A DNA stretch of 64,000 nt from Trichosphaerium sp. ATCC 40318 (Eukaryota; Protista; Tubulinea), in NCBI GenBank assembly GCA_038496445.1, contig JALMLS010000488.1, forward strand, positions 186,001-250,000, in the 5' to 3' direction. Numbering within the stretch: the stretch's first letter is position 1; every line of letters begins with the position of its first letter. The notes under the pieces are model-generated. The model was given only the letters and a program-made list of their open reading frames with translations, was not told the origin of the DNA and did not search any database. This document shows positions 12,331 to 26,542 of this stretch, piece by piece. Both the position numbers and the translations under genes were made by a program.

Positions 12331-13173
12331 TTACCCCTTTCTCCATGATTCTTTTCTGGAGTCCCAAGCTTTTTCAATTTTTGTTCTATCCAGCGTAGGC
12401 ACCAGATTTCTTCTCACTTCGCCAATTATTTGAAGTCTTTTAACAGTGGCTTCAATGATTGGAAAATCAAAGGCTGTCAATACACTTAGATCACCGTATT
12501 TTGATTCAGGGTTTCGCATAAGACATTGAAGTATAGTTCCATCGCAAAAATAGTGGAACAAAGCAGTACCGATTGCTGCATTTAGGTTAAAATACATATT
12601 TTTTTGGATACAATTTTCACATACGTGTGAGTGGCCGTTCAGGACCTCCAAGAGAACATTTACGCAATGCTTCATAATGAGCAAGCTCGTAAAGAAGAGA
12701 ACCATATCCTTTTCGTTGAAATGGTGGTACAATGACAAGGATGGACATCCAGCAACCGTTGGTACTTTGAAGCTCCTATAACAGTTCATTGTTAGTACTA
12801 CAGTATAAGTTGCTTCCTTGTTTCGTACTCTCGAATAGTATCCCACAAAATGCCCATCTTTATATGCAAGTGTGTACTCAAACAAAAGTACATTGACTGC
12901 AATCATCTTGTAATGGACGAACAGTTTGGCAAAAGGAACAAGGCGGTCGCAGAAAGCTGTATCATCTGAGCCAGTCAACCTTAATAGAACAAGACCTCTA
13001 TTGTTATAAATCTCCTTGACCTTCTTAGGGCGGCAATCGACAATATGAGGATGTACACCCTCTCTAAAACATAGTTCGCATATTTCAAGTTCGTGCAAGT
13101 TTTCGTCGTATGAGCTTTGGAACATGGTTTCAAAAGTATTTCCTCCAAAGTGTACAACTTTTTGAGAAGTCAT
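12331..13173 (-). CDS. Intronless ~280-aa protein of unknown function
   Basis: Long uninterrupted ORF from ATG 13173 (MTSQKVVHF...). Candidate 5'-UTR introns lie upstream (GTATGAG...ATACAG). No family recognised. Confidence 0.6.
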   Translation of the reverse strand: MTSQKVVHFGGNTFETMFQSSYDENLHELEICELCFREGVHPHIVDCRPKKVKEIYNNRGLVLLRLTGSDDTAFCDRLVPFAKLFVHYKMIAVNVLLFEYTLAYKDGHFVGYYSRVRNKEATYTVVLTMNCYRSFKVPTVAGCPSLSLYHHFNEKDMVLFFTSLLIMKHCVNVLLEVLNGHSHVCENCIQKNMYFNLNAAIGTALFHYFCDGTILQCLMRNPESKYGDLSVLTAFDFPIIEATVKRLQIIGEVRRNLVPTLDRTKIEKAWDSRKESWRKG

Positions 13174-13551
13174 TTTTAAACCGAAGAAGAATGAATAAAA
13201 CAAGAAAGTCCAAACCTGTATAAACTGGATTAGTGGTTTTGACTCATACATAAACAGCATTTCTAGCTTTATGGAGAAACACATTTAAAACTACCTGACA
13301 CAGTACTTTGTGCTACACAAAATCGAATCTGCAATTTGCTGATGAAGAAAGGCTTTTGTGTTTAGTATGGACCGTTTTAGGTGCAAAGGGTTTATTTTAA
13401 CCTCACCTGCCTAATAATAACTCTTTCAAACTGAGGAGAAGGTGCCAGATGTATTAACTGTTATAATTTATGTCAATTAATCTTTGACCTTGGTTTGACC
13501 TTTGTCTCCAAACGAGCGCGAACTATGAACATACCTGGTACATGATTTGCA

Positions 13552-14140
13552 ATGGATGAGCGGAGTGATACGCCCACTGTAACGTCTGTGCTAGTAGCGT
13601 TGAAGGGCTATGCTGTTGAACTGGAATTACGACAAAATGTCACTGTTAGGGTACGTACGTTAATAAAACCATAAATTAAATAGCTCAGGGCGTGTTGGAT
13701 GTGGTGACAGATGAACAAAGGTAATCTTGCCCTAAAGTAGTCATAACATCTCTGTATAGCTTCTTTTTGCGTAATGCAACTTACACAAGCCATCGTGTGC
13801 GTAATTAAATCAACTAATTAACCAATAACTCCAAAAAGCTACACAAGACATTTCGCTACGAAGAACTATACGTCAGTGGTAGAAACGTCAAAACAATTTT
13901 GTTCCCTACACTGGATGGCGAAAAACTACTCTACAACGTTGGAACCTACGTACGACGCTTAAATGACATACGTATGTGCCATTCTGACAAACTGAGACTA
14001 GATTCACCACATGGACACGCTTGTTAAACGTAACATACTAAAGACGTCATCTCTGAATTCTATTATCGTACGTTAAAAGCGTGCTGAACGTAACTGATTC
14101 TTCACAGAGAAAAAAAGAGGACAAAAAGGAATCTACTTGA
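13552..14140 (+). CDS. LSM10: Sm-fold protein, most similar to LSm10 (U7 snRNP); absent from the ORF track
   Basis: Spliced: MDERSDTPTVTSVLVALKGYAVELELRQNVTVR|GVLDVVTDEQS|FFLRNATY...EELYVSGRNVKTILFP (Sm1 and Sm2 motifs). The 3' exon structure is approximate. Confidence 0.65.
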
Positions 14141-14509
14141 AATGAGAACTCATCAAGGCGTCTAGTGGATTAAAAGGTTGTTGTTAAATAAGGAGATCAT
14201 GGAGTATTATTTTACGGTTCTCAAAGACGTTTCGAACCATATGGTTTTGTGCACCCGAGCATTCCTTGTCAGTTAATGTAAATTATAGCTTATACACCTG
14301 TGAAGTTCTTCAGTATGTTTGTATCGATCACAAACAAGCTGCAAAAAAAAGACAGCACTATTTCCAAATTTCACGTGAAACTTAAGTAAACAACCCTTAA
14401 TCATAGCTGTATTACCGATTATATTAAACAGTTACCTTTGTTTGTAGTCACAACAACGGCTACTTTGTTACGCGCGAAAAATACAGAAAAGATTGCGGAG
14501 GTAGCTTAC

Positions 14510-17269
14510 ATGAGCTCTGCAAAGCGCAAGTCGCAAGCAAAACAGTCAAAACACAAACAGAAACGTCATAAATACAAATATTCTACTAGTCCTCGACGAA
14601 ACTACAAGATACGCGATGAGGTAGTAAAGGAGATACTTGAGGTAGGTTTCTGTTTTTATGTCAAACTCCTCGCGTCAGATCGCAGTAACTCTTTTGTAGA
14701 GCGAAAAAACTTATATTGGAAACCTCCAAAAGCTTGTAGACGTACGTAGCACCAAATTTATCAAACAAATTTCCTAAATGCAACTCTTCGACATGCGTAA
14801 GAGTACCTGTTAGCGTCAACGCCGTGTTTTATAACTATAGAGCTTTAAACTGACGTCCGTTACAGGAGTATGTCATCCCTACTAAATCAGAACCAAAAAA
14901 CGAATGGACAACAGTGTTTGCAAGTGTAGAGGGACTACTAGGGTTAAACAAAAGACTTTTGGTTTCCTTAAAAAAGAAAATGCAGCACTGGCACAGTGCA
15001 AAGACAACCATGGGTGATGTATTCATAGAGATTGTGCGTTTAGACGGGTTTTTAACGAAACTTTGCTGAACTTGTAGACTAAACGACTAAGAAAACGCTT
15101 TTTTTGTACTTTTCACTCCGTTTTAGGTTATAAACCTACCAGTTAACCTTGAAAATTTTTCTATTGCGGAGTATTTTAATTACACCCATTTTTCTTTTTT
15201 AACGACGTTATAATTGACAAAAAGAGGTATATTTAGAGCCCGTATTTTAAATTGTACAGTGTTTTCTGCACACAGTATACAACCGTTCAGGATATGATGT
15301 ATAATAAGGAGAGTAGTGCAAGGCTTAAGTCTTTTTTTCGCGTACGTTTATAACTGCTGTTTTTTTACACGTGCAATTGCATTTAGGAAAGTTTTTTCTC
15401 TTTTTTTTTTTGTTGAAACAACCTTTGGTTTACTCCTTTCAAATGGCGTTTTTTTACCCGGTGTGCTTATGGTATTTTAGCGTTGTCAGTTAGGGCCTGA
15501 CTCACAGCAATTACAAAGTCTAATGATACAACCAGTACAGCGTGTAAGAGTTTTTTTTATTTTTATGTACACTTTTGGATTTTGTGTGTAGTTTGATGTT
15601 TGACCCCTCTTAGGTACCGCGGTATGTACTGTTATTAGAAAAATTATGGAAGCATACACCCAGAGAACATCCAGACAATATATTACTAGGGGATGCCCTA
15701 GATCAATGTAAGAAAGTAGCTGTACATATAAATGCGGTAATAGAAGGATCGCATCAGCTAGAAGTTGTACTAAGGCTAAAGAAAAGATTTGATTCATCTG
15801 TAGATGTACGTCAAACTGAACTTGTTTTTCTATGCAATAGTATCACTTATTGTTCTATCATTTAGATGTTAGGCGAGCTTATTCGTCCTCAAACAAAGCT
15901 GTTACACGAGGGACCTCTAAAAATTCGGGGATACAAATTAGAAGAAGGTTCGTTTCTGTGTTACACAACCTCACTGGTCTTTTTTACCTTTGAGTTGATC
16001 TGTAGTCTTACTTTGTTACAATAGATGAGATTGGTAAAGTCACTCTTGAAGGGTTCTTACTTACGCATACGTTTATTGTTGCGTCTCAAGAACTTAGTAC
16101 TGGTGTTCTTTCAGTTGAACAATTTTATGATCTTGAATCTCTTTGGGTTATGCCTAGCGAACATGGTACTGTTTTTATTATTATTTATTTTACTCCTATT
16201 GGCCTAGTATGTTTGGTGTACTTAATATCTATTGTTTAGGTGATAAATATTTCAATCTTGTTAGTCCACGTGGGAGTATGGTAGTTAATGCTAAAAATAA
16301 AAGAAATTCTGATATGTGGCAAGATAAATTATGTGATGCCATTGATTTTTTGACCAGTACACAGACTAGAGTACAACGTACGATGCCCTGAACTTCTCTT
16401 TAAATTGCTATTTTGATTATTAACTGGTGTATAAAGGGATACGTGGAGATATAACTCTACAATCTCATAAAGGACAACCTTGGTGTGAGTTAACGAGGCC
16501 TACTTATTGTGAGCGTGTTAGCGTCAAAGATTATAAGGAAGAAGCTTTGACGTTTACGTATATTGAATTAAAGAGACATATTGCACAGTATAAGCAACTA
16601 AGCTTAAAGGTAACAGTGCAAACAACTTTTTTTTTCCTTTTTTTTTTTTTTTTTTTTGGCGTTTCTTCTAACCTCTTTTTGTAGAAACAGGTGTCGCCAC
16701 GATCTATGATGTACTCTGTAAGAAGAGTCGCAAGAAGCTCTTTGAATCTTCCAACACAACCCAAACAACCTAGAAAACGAGCAGCTTCTATTTCTTTGAA
16801 CATTATACCTGCTCAAGAACATCAACAAAAAAAGTACAAAAGAATAGTTTCGGCTAGAGGAAAACCAACGAAACGTGAAGAAAAACAGCTTCGGTCTTCA
16901 TTAAAAGTACCTCAGCAGACGTGGTTTGATACTAGTACAATAGAGCATCTTGAAGAGCATGTACAAGATTTACATCACCGCATAGAGGCTCTATATAGTA
17001 AGTCCTCGTGACCAAACCAAAAACTCCAAAGCACATGCATACGTCTCACCCCAACAAGTTGTTTGATAGACAAAAAATAAGGAGAATGAAGATTATTGTT
17101 AGTAGTGCATCTAGCCACCATGGTATTCGCTCAAAGTTAGCATCATCGACAACGACAAGCTTTATATCAGCGCCAGCTTGGCTCTATGTCATCTTGTTCC
17201 TCTACAAAGAAGAGGAGTAGGTGTAATTCTTCGACGACTGTGAAACGTGATAGAGGGCGTTTATCTTAG
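14510..17269 (+). CDS. DH-PH Rho guanine-nucleotide exchange factor with basic C-terminal tail
   Basis: RDEVVKEILE|SEKTYIGNL, MGDVF and LQSLMIQPVQR|VPRYVLLLEKLWKHTPREHPD (DH); KLLHEGPLKI...MWQDKLCDAI (PH). Confidence 0.85.
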
Positions 17270-17728
17270 ATAAAGCTGCAGGGGAATTTTCTTTATGAAG
17301 AAGGCAAAGTATATGTGTTAATTGTAGAGTTTGTCTGTTGCTATACTAAATGCAACTTGTATGTACTGTACAAAAGTTTGTAAATAATTATTGTTAAAAA
17401 TGATTTCTTACGTAGTTGGTTACTGATTGTTGTAACATCAAGGGATTTGTTTGTGGGTTAACATAGTGTTTCTGTTTAAATCTAGAATGAAAGTAATTTC
17501 GAGTGTACCAGGAGGAACAGATGAATCACGTGGTAATGAGATTGTTATTTGTTGGTAAAAACATCAAACAGTTGCTGTATGTACACTGAAAAGCTATCAT
17601 GAATTAACTAAATATTACAGAACTTGAAAACGTCAGGAACGTTGTAGATTTGTTGTTAGCACTCAAGGTTTTATTTCTACATAGATTGTGTCTTCTATTT
17701 AAGAATCACTGGGTGTGACACTTCCTTC

Positions 17729-20700
17729 CTAGTCAGCTTTCGCAGGAATGGCCTCATTATCAGTTTCTTTTCCTTCTGTTTCATCTTTTGGTGTAGTGTC
17801 TTGGTCCGAAGAGTCTGAAACAACATCAGAATCACTTGATGTGATACTTTCTTCATTGTCGGTATCTGTCCCAGGAATAGCATCATAGGCAGTTGCTTCA
17901 TCATCTTTTGGTTTAACGTCTACAAAGTTCTCTTGGTCCGAGGATTGTGAAACATCATCAATAGTGCCTGAACTAGCGCTTTCCGTCGTATCACTATCAG
18001 CATCTTTACCAGGAATCGTACCATAGGCAGTTTCTTTCATATCTTGTTCTTTGATACTGTCTGTTAATTAATAAGGTTAACTACTGTCACGTGCCTTTAT
18101 CGCTTTTAAGTACTTCACTTGGGTGGTTGTGTGCTGAGTCTTTCATTGCCTGTGATAAGTCATGAGGTACAGCGGTGTATACTGTATCTTTGTTTTCATT
18201 TTGTGGTGAACTTGTTTCTTTCATTTCCACAACTTCTGATGCTTCAATACCAGTAACACTTGTTTTAGAAGTAATGTCACTCGGATTAATACTTGTTTTA
18301 GGTTTCTTTGATTTTCGCCAAGAGACTAGTATGCCAATAACCAGTATAATCAGCAGAATAACCAAAATAAACAAAAACAAGGATACGTAGAACCATGCAG
18401 AAAGACCTACAAGCCAAAGATTAATAAACAGGTTAACTAATCATATAATTTAAGCACCTCGTTCATCAGAGTTCATATCTTTATTGTCTGAAGACAGCAT
18501 TGGAGCATCAGAGGTTTGATTGACTTGTAAGGTAAGTAATAAGAACGTGGATATGTATTCAGAGTACCAGTTGGAATAGTTGTTGTAGTTGGTGGAATAG
18601 TTGTTGGTGGCGGAACAGTTGTTGGTGGTGGAATAGGAGCAGTACTTTGAAAACAAGATGCTAAAGGTTCATAGATACATTCAGGAGCTAGTTGCGCCAC
18701 ATTTCCATAAGTTACATCAGTGTAAAACCAACTTTGGTTGCTTGGTATTTCTGTACAATCAGGTTTTTGTTCTTCACAAATCTACGTAATACAATCAATA
18801 AATAAGATGAAAAGAACCTTTAAAAACGGCATCTTCAGTTAACATAGTTTAGTTAGTTGAATTTTCGTACAGTATTCAGAGACACTTCCTGGCACCCTGG
18901 AGCAAGGCCAGGGGTCCGATCAGTAAGAGAGCTATTGCAAAACTGTATCCGATCTGGAAGATACATGTCACATTCAAAAAACATTGAACCTGGAACACGA
19001 TTATGTTTCACACATCCCAAATCACAATCACAGAAGTTTGTTGTACAAATATCATCATCTTGCTGACAATCATCTTGTGTACAGTTACATATATTGTTTA
19101 CAGATTTGCAGAGTGCTGCATTTGGTCTACATTCGTCATCTACACTCTTTAGCACATAGTGGGCTGTAGCAATAACGTACCAAAGATTGGACCTAGTGGC
19201 AATGATGCAGGATCACATTCTTCTGTTTCTCTATTTGGACCTAATGAATTTGTTAGTGATCCATAGTCATGGTTTGTGGGCTTACATATTTGGGTAAATT
19301 CACCTTCAGATGATCGACAAATTGGATGTTTTGAATGCATGCATCCAATGCTTGATGATACGAATTTGTCTTCAGTGCAAATGTTGTAATCATTACATTC
19401 AAAAGGTTCTGGGCACACACATTCTAAATCACAAGTACACACTCCTTTGCATTGAGGACCACAAGGTGTTGTTAGGTGTTCTAAACAATATCATCATTAA
19501 ACAACAAAGGGTATTGAGTCATTACCTGGACATAGAAGAGGCCTTGTTATCTCATTTGTGTTTGTACTGTTGCCTGGAATTGGTGTATATTGATCGTATC
19601 CGCTAATGACAGGATCATGTCCAAAGAACATCTCGATGATTGAAACGTTCTGGCAAATACATGAGTATAAAACAATAATTACTGTGTGCTTTCGAATTTT
19701 ACCATTGCCATTAGTTCATCTAATATAGTTTGTAGGTCACTCGCATCACCAATACAGTCATTGCTATCTCCATGTGTATTTACAATGATTGTTTTTTTAT
19801 TTCGATTGGGTCTACCAAGCAATTCAAAGTGTTGTTTTGTGCCTTGGAGACCTAAAGCATTGCGTCAAGGTAATGATAACTCTATAAACGCTAAGCACCT
19901 GTTGCAAGCGATTGACAACCAGCAAAAGTATTCAAAGTACGGATTGAAGATAGTTCGTCAATAAACTTTGTTTTGTTTCTTGAGCTGAGAGGTATCACAG
20001 GATGACCTTGATTGCGATACAACACAACACCTGATCGGAATCCAAACTCTCCAAACTTCAACGGTTGTACTGTGTCATGAATGAAATCAAAGTATTCATC
20101 CCAGTTGTACATTGTACAACATTCATCAATTGATTCTCGTTCATACAATCCAAAAGTACCATTTCCATTATCCTCACAAATAGAAGATCCTAAAACACAC
20201 CTCAGATTGATGACATAGTAATAATTGACTGACCTGTTCTTGAGCATTCAGAAGTATCATTATTGAAGATATTTCCAACGCTTGATGATGCATCAACCAC
20301 TAAACAAACAAGTAAGAGAAGAATCATTTTCGCACAACAAACAACAAGTAGTACAGAAAATTAAATCAACATTATCAACACAAAGAGATGTCTCACTACA
20401 TGGTGAAGGAAATTCGATTGGCTCGATAAATTGTCTACGCAATGGTGTAAGGCTTTCGGGAGGTAATTCCAAAATAGTCCCATCATAATACAATACTCTA
20501 AAGAAGAATAAGTGGAACCAAACTCTTAAAAAAAAAACGGTGGTACCGAGCAAGTCTGTTGTCTTCTTGTGCATAGTATACTTTGTGAATATCAAACAAT
20601 GTTCCTGCTGCGCCCTTAATAGCCTCTCGCTCTTCTATATTTCTAAATAATAGACAAGTCAAAAAGGAGAACTGCAACACAAACTTCCAAATGACATACG

Positions 20701-21617
20701 TAAGTACTATGAACGAGTTTCCAAGAGCATCTGTTTGTTTTATTTCTTCTGCAGTAACTAATTGACCAGTCCTATTAAACATAGATCCCAGGCTTGGTAT
20801 AGTAGTTGAAAATGTGCGCGTGTGACACATAGTATCACCACAGTTGTGTTGTTGGATAATAAAAGGCTACACATAAAGTAAAAAAACCCATATCCGTGAA
20901 CTATTGCTGGTGCAAATTTTTCTGACATTTCGTTTAAAACAGGACATTTTTTGGATAAGAGCATAAAATATCCAGTTTTCTAGGCGCCTATAATCTCTTA
21001 AACCCTTTTGTTGCGCTAAGAAACTGTAAGTTTTTGGCTGTTTACAGGACTTTGCCTAAGAAAACTCATAATTTTATGCTCTTATCCAACTTTTTTTTTT
21101 GAAGATAGATTTGCTTTTATACTTATAGTAGTTATCTGTGGGCGTAAGGTATTCATTAAAGACCTTAGACTAAATAAAAATATCCCTGTTTTAAACGAAA
21201 GTCTACATGCAGTATGTGAGGAAGTTGTGTTGCAGATGCAAGCAAGCCTTCTGGTTTTTTTTGAGAGGAAAGTTAGAATTATTAAGTTTATAAACGCACA
21301 TTATCAAGGCTCCAACGCTCAAAGATTGACGGTGAGTTTTCTGAATTGTCAGCAAAGAATATTTCAAAGCTCTGGACAAAGCTCTCGGTGTCTGTTATGT
21401 TAATTGTTGTCTTGAACTGGAAAATACCTACTCGAACGCGCTAAGGGGTGTAAGAGAGAAATCCACGCCAACTTTTTTTGATTCTTACTGTGTTATTGGT
21501 TCCTGATAGCAATGGCGCTACCACAGGTATACTAATAGACTCGCTGAGCAAGCTTGTATCTACTAATACGTATGTAGATAATAATACCAGAAGAACAATA
21601 CGCCCAACATCCCACAT
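17729..21617 (-). CDS. Receptor paralog A: signal peptide, variable N-domain, vWA, Cys-rich repeats, PT stalk, TM, Tyr-motif tail
   Basis: Signal MWDVGRIVLLVLL; spliced DLIFLVDASSSVG (MIDAS DxSxS); CNDYNICTEDK; TM FLFILVILLIILVIGILV; tail TVYTAV, TAYGTI, TAYDAI. Confidence 0.8.
20924..21203. mobile_element. ~280-bp foldback/MITE-like insertion in intron 2 of receptor A
   Basis: Outer inverted repeat TTTCGTTTAAAACAGG / CCTGTTTTAAACGAAA and perfect inner 19-bp inverted repeat TTGGATAAGAGCATAAAAT (20951-20969 / 21071-21089). Absent from the matching intron of paralogs B-D. Confidence 0.7.
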
Positions 21618-21831
21618 GGCTTGATGTTCGTTTTTTTTAATTTCAGCGAAGTACACGTGATTACTACAAAAATAAAACACAAACAGTTCGTTTTTGTGAG
21701 GTTAAGGAGGCTACATCTTTGGAATATTCAACAAAGACAGCCAGCCTTCTGAGATTAGCTTAACTTTCACGTGAGCTTACAAAAAAAGCAGAAGTTCAAC
21801 CAGTTCAACCACCGAACCAAGACATCACATA

Positions 21832-22829
21832 ATGACGCTTTATCTCGTTGTTTTCGCCGTTGTTGTGTTTTCTTTAGTAGACGCAATGCCCATTGCCACA
21901 GAGACACCTGAGTACGTAAAATTTGTTAGTCGAAGTAGTTCTGTCACATCTGACAGCGGTTCTCGCTTATCTAGACTCCCAGTAGCGTTTACCGCTAGTT
22001 TGATACAATATTACGCTCCAAATACATCTCACGTTGGTCCTTACCCTAAAACAAATGTCCCTCCGCCACCATACGTCGCTAGCAGGTTGACAACATATTA
22101 TGACTGGAGTAAAAAGTACGTTAAACAGAATCACTTTAAACGGTCGGCATTCGCTTACTTATTGATCTAGACGAATGATTGAGGACTATCTAGACTACTG
22201 CGTACCTATATGGGTCGCTGGATACAAGTGGAAGTGTAAATTCTTGAACGTTGATGGTAAGGACAATTTTCAGAAAAACCAGTTGTCACGTGATTTATAA
22301 ATTTTTTTTGTTAGGCCTAACGTATTTGATTACTTCTGATGATCGCCCAAGTTGGGTGGAAGGACCTTGTTGTGTGGTATGAAAAAGATTTCTTTCAGTG
22401 TATTAAACCCATAACTCTATCGTGACAATGTTATTAGTTCAGGGATCCATGGAATCCACCAGCTCCAGACTTTGTAAAGGTGAGTGCCTTATTTCGTTTG
22501 TTTTTCTGTGATTCTCATGAACTTTGTTTTAGGCTTTAAAGTATGGTGGTACTACTGATGTTGATGAACGTACTGTAGACTATTATGTGCTTGAAGGTGG
22601 TTTCTTTTATGGATACTACCGCGATACAGGAATGCCTGCTTTCTTCGATTTTTCTGGCATTGATGGACCTCCTATTCTTGAAGGTTATGCTACACAAAAC
22701 TACGCTTCTATTGATCCTACCCTTCCACCCGAGGAGGTTTGGACAATACCAGAATCGTGTAAACAATTAGCACCAAATTGTACAACAGGACCAAGTTTTC
22801 TCAACAAAAGAGGAATGTTTGGCCTGTAG
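21832..22829 (+). CDS. Secreted protein, probably ependymin-related (LolA-like fold)
   Basis: Signal peptide; LPVAFTAS; TYYDWS; GPCC; PPAPDFV; C-terminal PEEVWTIPESC is typical of the ependymin-related 'F.iP..C' ending. Confidence 0.55.
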
Positions 22830-22928
22830 TTCTTTGGAAGTTCAATAAATACATCAACCCATATTAGGACTTTTTCTGAATTACGTATTGTGAAGGATAG
22901 ATTCATTGGTTAATTTATTTCTTGTATC

Positions 22929-25900
22929 TTAAGAGTCTGAAACAAAATCAGGATCACTTGATGTGATACTTTCTTCATTGTCGGCGTTCGCAGTAATAGC
23001 ATCATATGTAGTTGCTTCATCATCTTTTGGTTTAATGTCTACAAAGTCCTCTTGGTCCGAAGAGTCTGAAACATCATCAGAATTGCTTGATGTGCTGGTA
23101 CTTTCTTCAATATTGCCACGGCTTCCAGGAACAGGATCGTATGTAGTTTTGTTTACTTCTTGATTTTCACTGCTTCCTATTTGATCAAAACAAATCAGCA
23201 AATATATAGAAGACATTTTTAGGCGCTTGTGAAAAGTGACTTGCCTGCAACACTATTTAGTTTTCCACTTGATTGAGTTTTCATTGCTTGGACTAAATCA
23301 TGAGGTACAGCAGAGTAGATATCACCCTCGGTTTTTTCATTGTTTATTGATGGACCATGCATTTCTACGCCTTCTGATATTCCTGGGACAACACCTGTAT
23401 CGCCTATTTTAGAAGTGCTCATTCCAACATTATCTGTTGGCCTACTTTTTTCTTTTTTTTTGTTCTTGTGTATGACGATGATCAAGCCAATAACCAATAT
23501 TATCAGTAAAACAACCAAAAGAATCAAGGCCAAAGATACAGGGAACCATGCAGAATGACCTTGTAAATCATGAGATAAACAAGTTTTTAGTTCTAAAAGG
23601 ATTTGTTTTTAACATACCTTCTTCATCCTCACCTTGATTATCAATGACTCCAAAAGACAATGTTGGGCCATCAGTAGTTTGATTAACTATTCGCAATACT
23701 TAGTAGACATTACTTATTTGTAATGATGTTTTAGGAGTACCATTCGCTGTAGGTTCAGAGGTAGGTGGGTTTGTTGAATGTTCTGTAGTTGGCGGATGAG
23801 TGGTAGGAGAGGTTGTTGTAGGTGGAACGGTAGGCGTTGGAATAGTTGTTGGCGGTGGAATAGGAGCAATATTCTGAAAGCAAGACGCTAAAGGTTCATA
23901 GACACACTCAGGAGCTAGTTGTATCACACCTCCATAAGTTACATCAGTGTAAAACCAACTTGGGTTACTTGGTATTTCTGTACAATCAGGTTTTTGTTCT
24001 TCACAAATCTACGTAATACAATCAATAAATAAGAATGAAACAGACTTGCAATCACTTTGTTTGGTTCACTTTTAAATTTTTGTGTTTTTTCTTCGTACTG
24101 TTTTCATAGACACTTCCTGACACCCTGGAGCAAGGCCAGGGGTGCGATCAGTAAGAGAGCTATTGCAAAACTGTATCCGATCTGGAAGATACATGTCACA
24201 TTCAAAAAACATTGAACCTGGAACACGATCATGTTCCATACATCCTTGTTCGCAATCGCAGATAGTTGTTGTACAAATATCATCACTTTGCTGACAATCA
24301 TCTTGTGTACAGTTACATGTACGGTTTATAGCTTTACAATAGTCGCTGCCTTGTGGATACAAACACCCTGTTCTGGTAGCAGTTCCATCTAATATAGTAA
24401 GTACGGTTGTATTGTGTTATTCAACTTACCAAATGTAGCCGGAGATCCAAGACTACTGGATGTGGGTTCACATTCTTCTTTCTCTCTATTTGGACCTATA
24501 TATGAATTTGTTAATGATCCTTAGCTTTATGACTTGTGGGCTTACATATTTGGGTAAATTTATCTGTCGCTGATCGACAAATTGGATGTTCCAAAGATAC
24601 ACATCCAATACTTGGTCCAGCAAATTTGTCTTCAGTACAATAGTTATAGTCATCACAAGTTCCCAAAGTAGGACTTATGCATTCTAAATCGCAAGTACAC
24701 TCTCCTTTGCATTGAGGACCACAAGGTGTTGTCAGGTGTTCTAAACAATATCATCATTAAACAACAAAGGGTATTGAGTCTGTACCTGGACACAGAAGAG
24801 GCCTTGTTATCTCACTTGTGTTTGTACTATTCCCTGGAATCGAAGTGTACAAGTTTTGAACGTATGTGATGACGGGTTCTTGACCAAAGTACATCTCAAT
24901 GATTGAAACGTTCTGCAAACAAATAGTTCAGTAGACAAAATTAAAGACTTAGAGAGTACAATTACTGTACCATGTCCATTAGTTCATCCAATATAGTTTG
25001 TAGGTCAGTCGCATCACCAATACAGTCATTGGTATCTCCATGTGTATTTACAATGATTGTTTTTTTATTTCGATTGGGTCTACCAAGCAATTCAAAGTGT
25101 TCTTTTGTGACTTGGAGACCTAAAGCATTGCTAGTATAAGGAAGTGATCCTCTACAAAGATGTTACCTGTTGCAAGCGATTGGCAACCAGCAAAAGTATT
25201 CAAGGCTTTGATTGAAGATAGTTCGTCAATAAACTTTGTTTTGTTTCTTGAGCTGAGAGGTATCACAGGATGACCTTGATTGCGATACAACACAACACCT
25301 GATCGGAATCCAAACTCTCCAAACTTTAACGGTTGTACTGTGTCTTGAATGAAATCAAAGTATTCATCCCAGTTGTACATTGTACAACATTCATCAATTG
25401 ATTCTCGTTCATACAATCCAAAAGTACCATTTCCATTATCCTCACAAATAGAAGATCCTAAAACACACCTCAGATTGATGACATAGTAATAATCGACTGA
25501 CCTGTTCTTGAGCATTCAGAAGTATCATTATTGAAGATATTTTCAACGCTTGATGATGCATCAACCACTAAACAAACAAGTAAGAGAAGAATTATTTTCG
25601 CACAACAAACAACAAGTCGTACAGAAAATTAAATCAACATTATCAACACAAAGAGATGTCTCACTGCACGGTAAAGGATATTCTTCAGGCTCACCAAGTT
25701 GTCTCCTAAATGGCGGAAATGTATGGGACATATCAATAATAGTTCCATCGTAATACAATAAGCTTAAGGGAGTAAATACGACAAGCCTGAATATAAAAAA
25801 AGAAAGATATGTTAGGCATACCGAGCAAGTCTGTTGTCTTCTTGTGCATAATATATATACCTTTTGAACATCAAACAGTGTCCCTTCTGTACCATTTATT

Positions 25901-26542
25901 CTTGGTCGTATTTCTACATTTCTTAAAAAGATCTGTAAGAGTTATAGTTGTAACTTAAAACCTAACATACGAGGTTACAAAATCAAGCTTGTCAAAAAAT
26001 GCCCGCTGAAAAATATCCACTGTCTCAACCACGTTTCCAGTTGGAGAAAATATATCTTGTTCCATCTCTGGTATGTTTGTAGATAGTATACGCACATGGC
26101 AAGAATCTAGACATTGACGTTGTTGTATTATAAACGGCTATGCAAAGTATAAAGGTAATAAACTGATTCATTGTCACGTGATTTCATAAAAATCACGTGT
26201 TCCAACTTTTTTAGGTGTTTTCCACAAACGCACATTATCAAGGCTCCAACGCTCATAGATTGATGGATAGGATCCTCCACGTGAAAAGTATATTTGGATA
26301 CCTTCTATGGCACTTGTATTATTATTACGTGATACAGTATATTGGAAATCCCCCATCCGTACATGCTTTAGAAAGAAGTCAACTACTTTTCAAACAGGAT
26401 CTGCTTCATATCATACCGCGTTATTGGCTCCTGAGCGTATGGTAGCAACGAAAGGTCCACCAACCGTTGTTTGTTCTGTTGTTCCAAATACGCTCAGGAA
26501 TAATAGCAATACAATAAAAGCGATATAGCAAACGTGCCACAT
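22929..26542 (-). CDS. Receptor paralog B (same architecture as A)
   Basis: Signal MWHVCYIAFIVLLLFLSVFG; vWA exon near-identical to A, C and D; tail DIYSAV, TTYDPV, TTYDAI. Confidence 0.8.
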
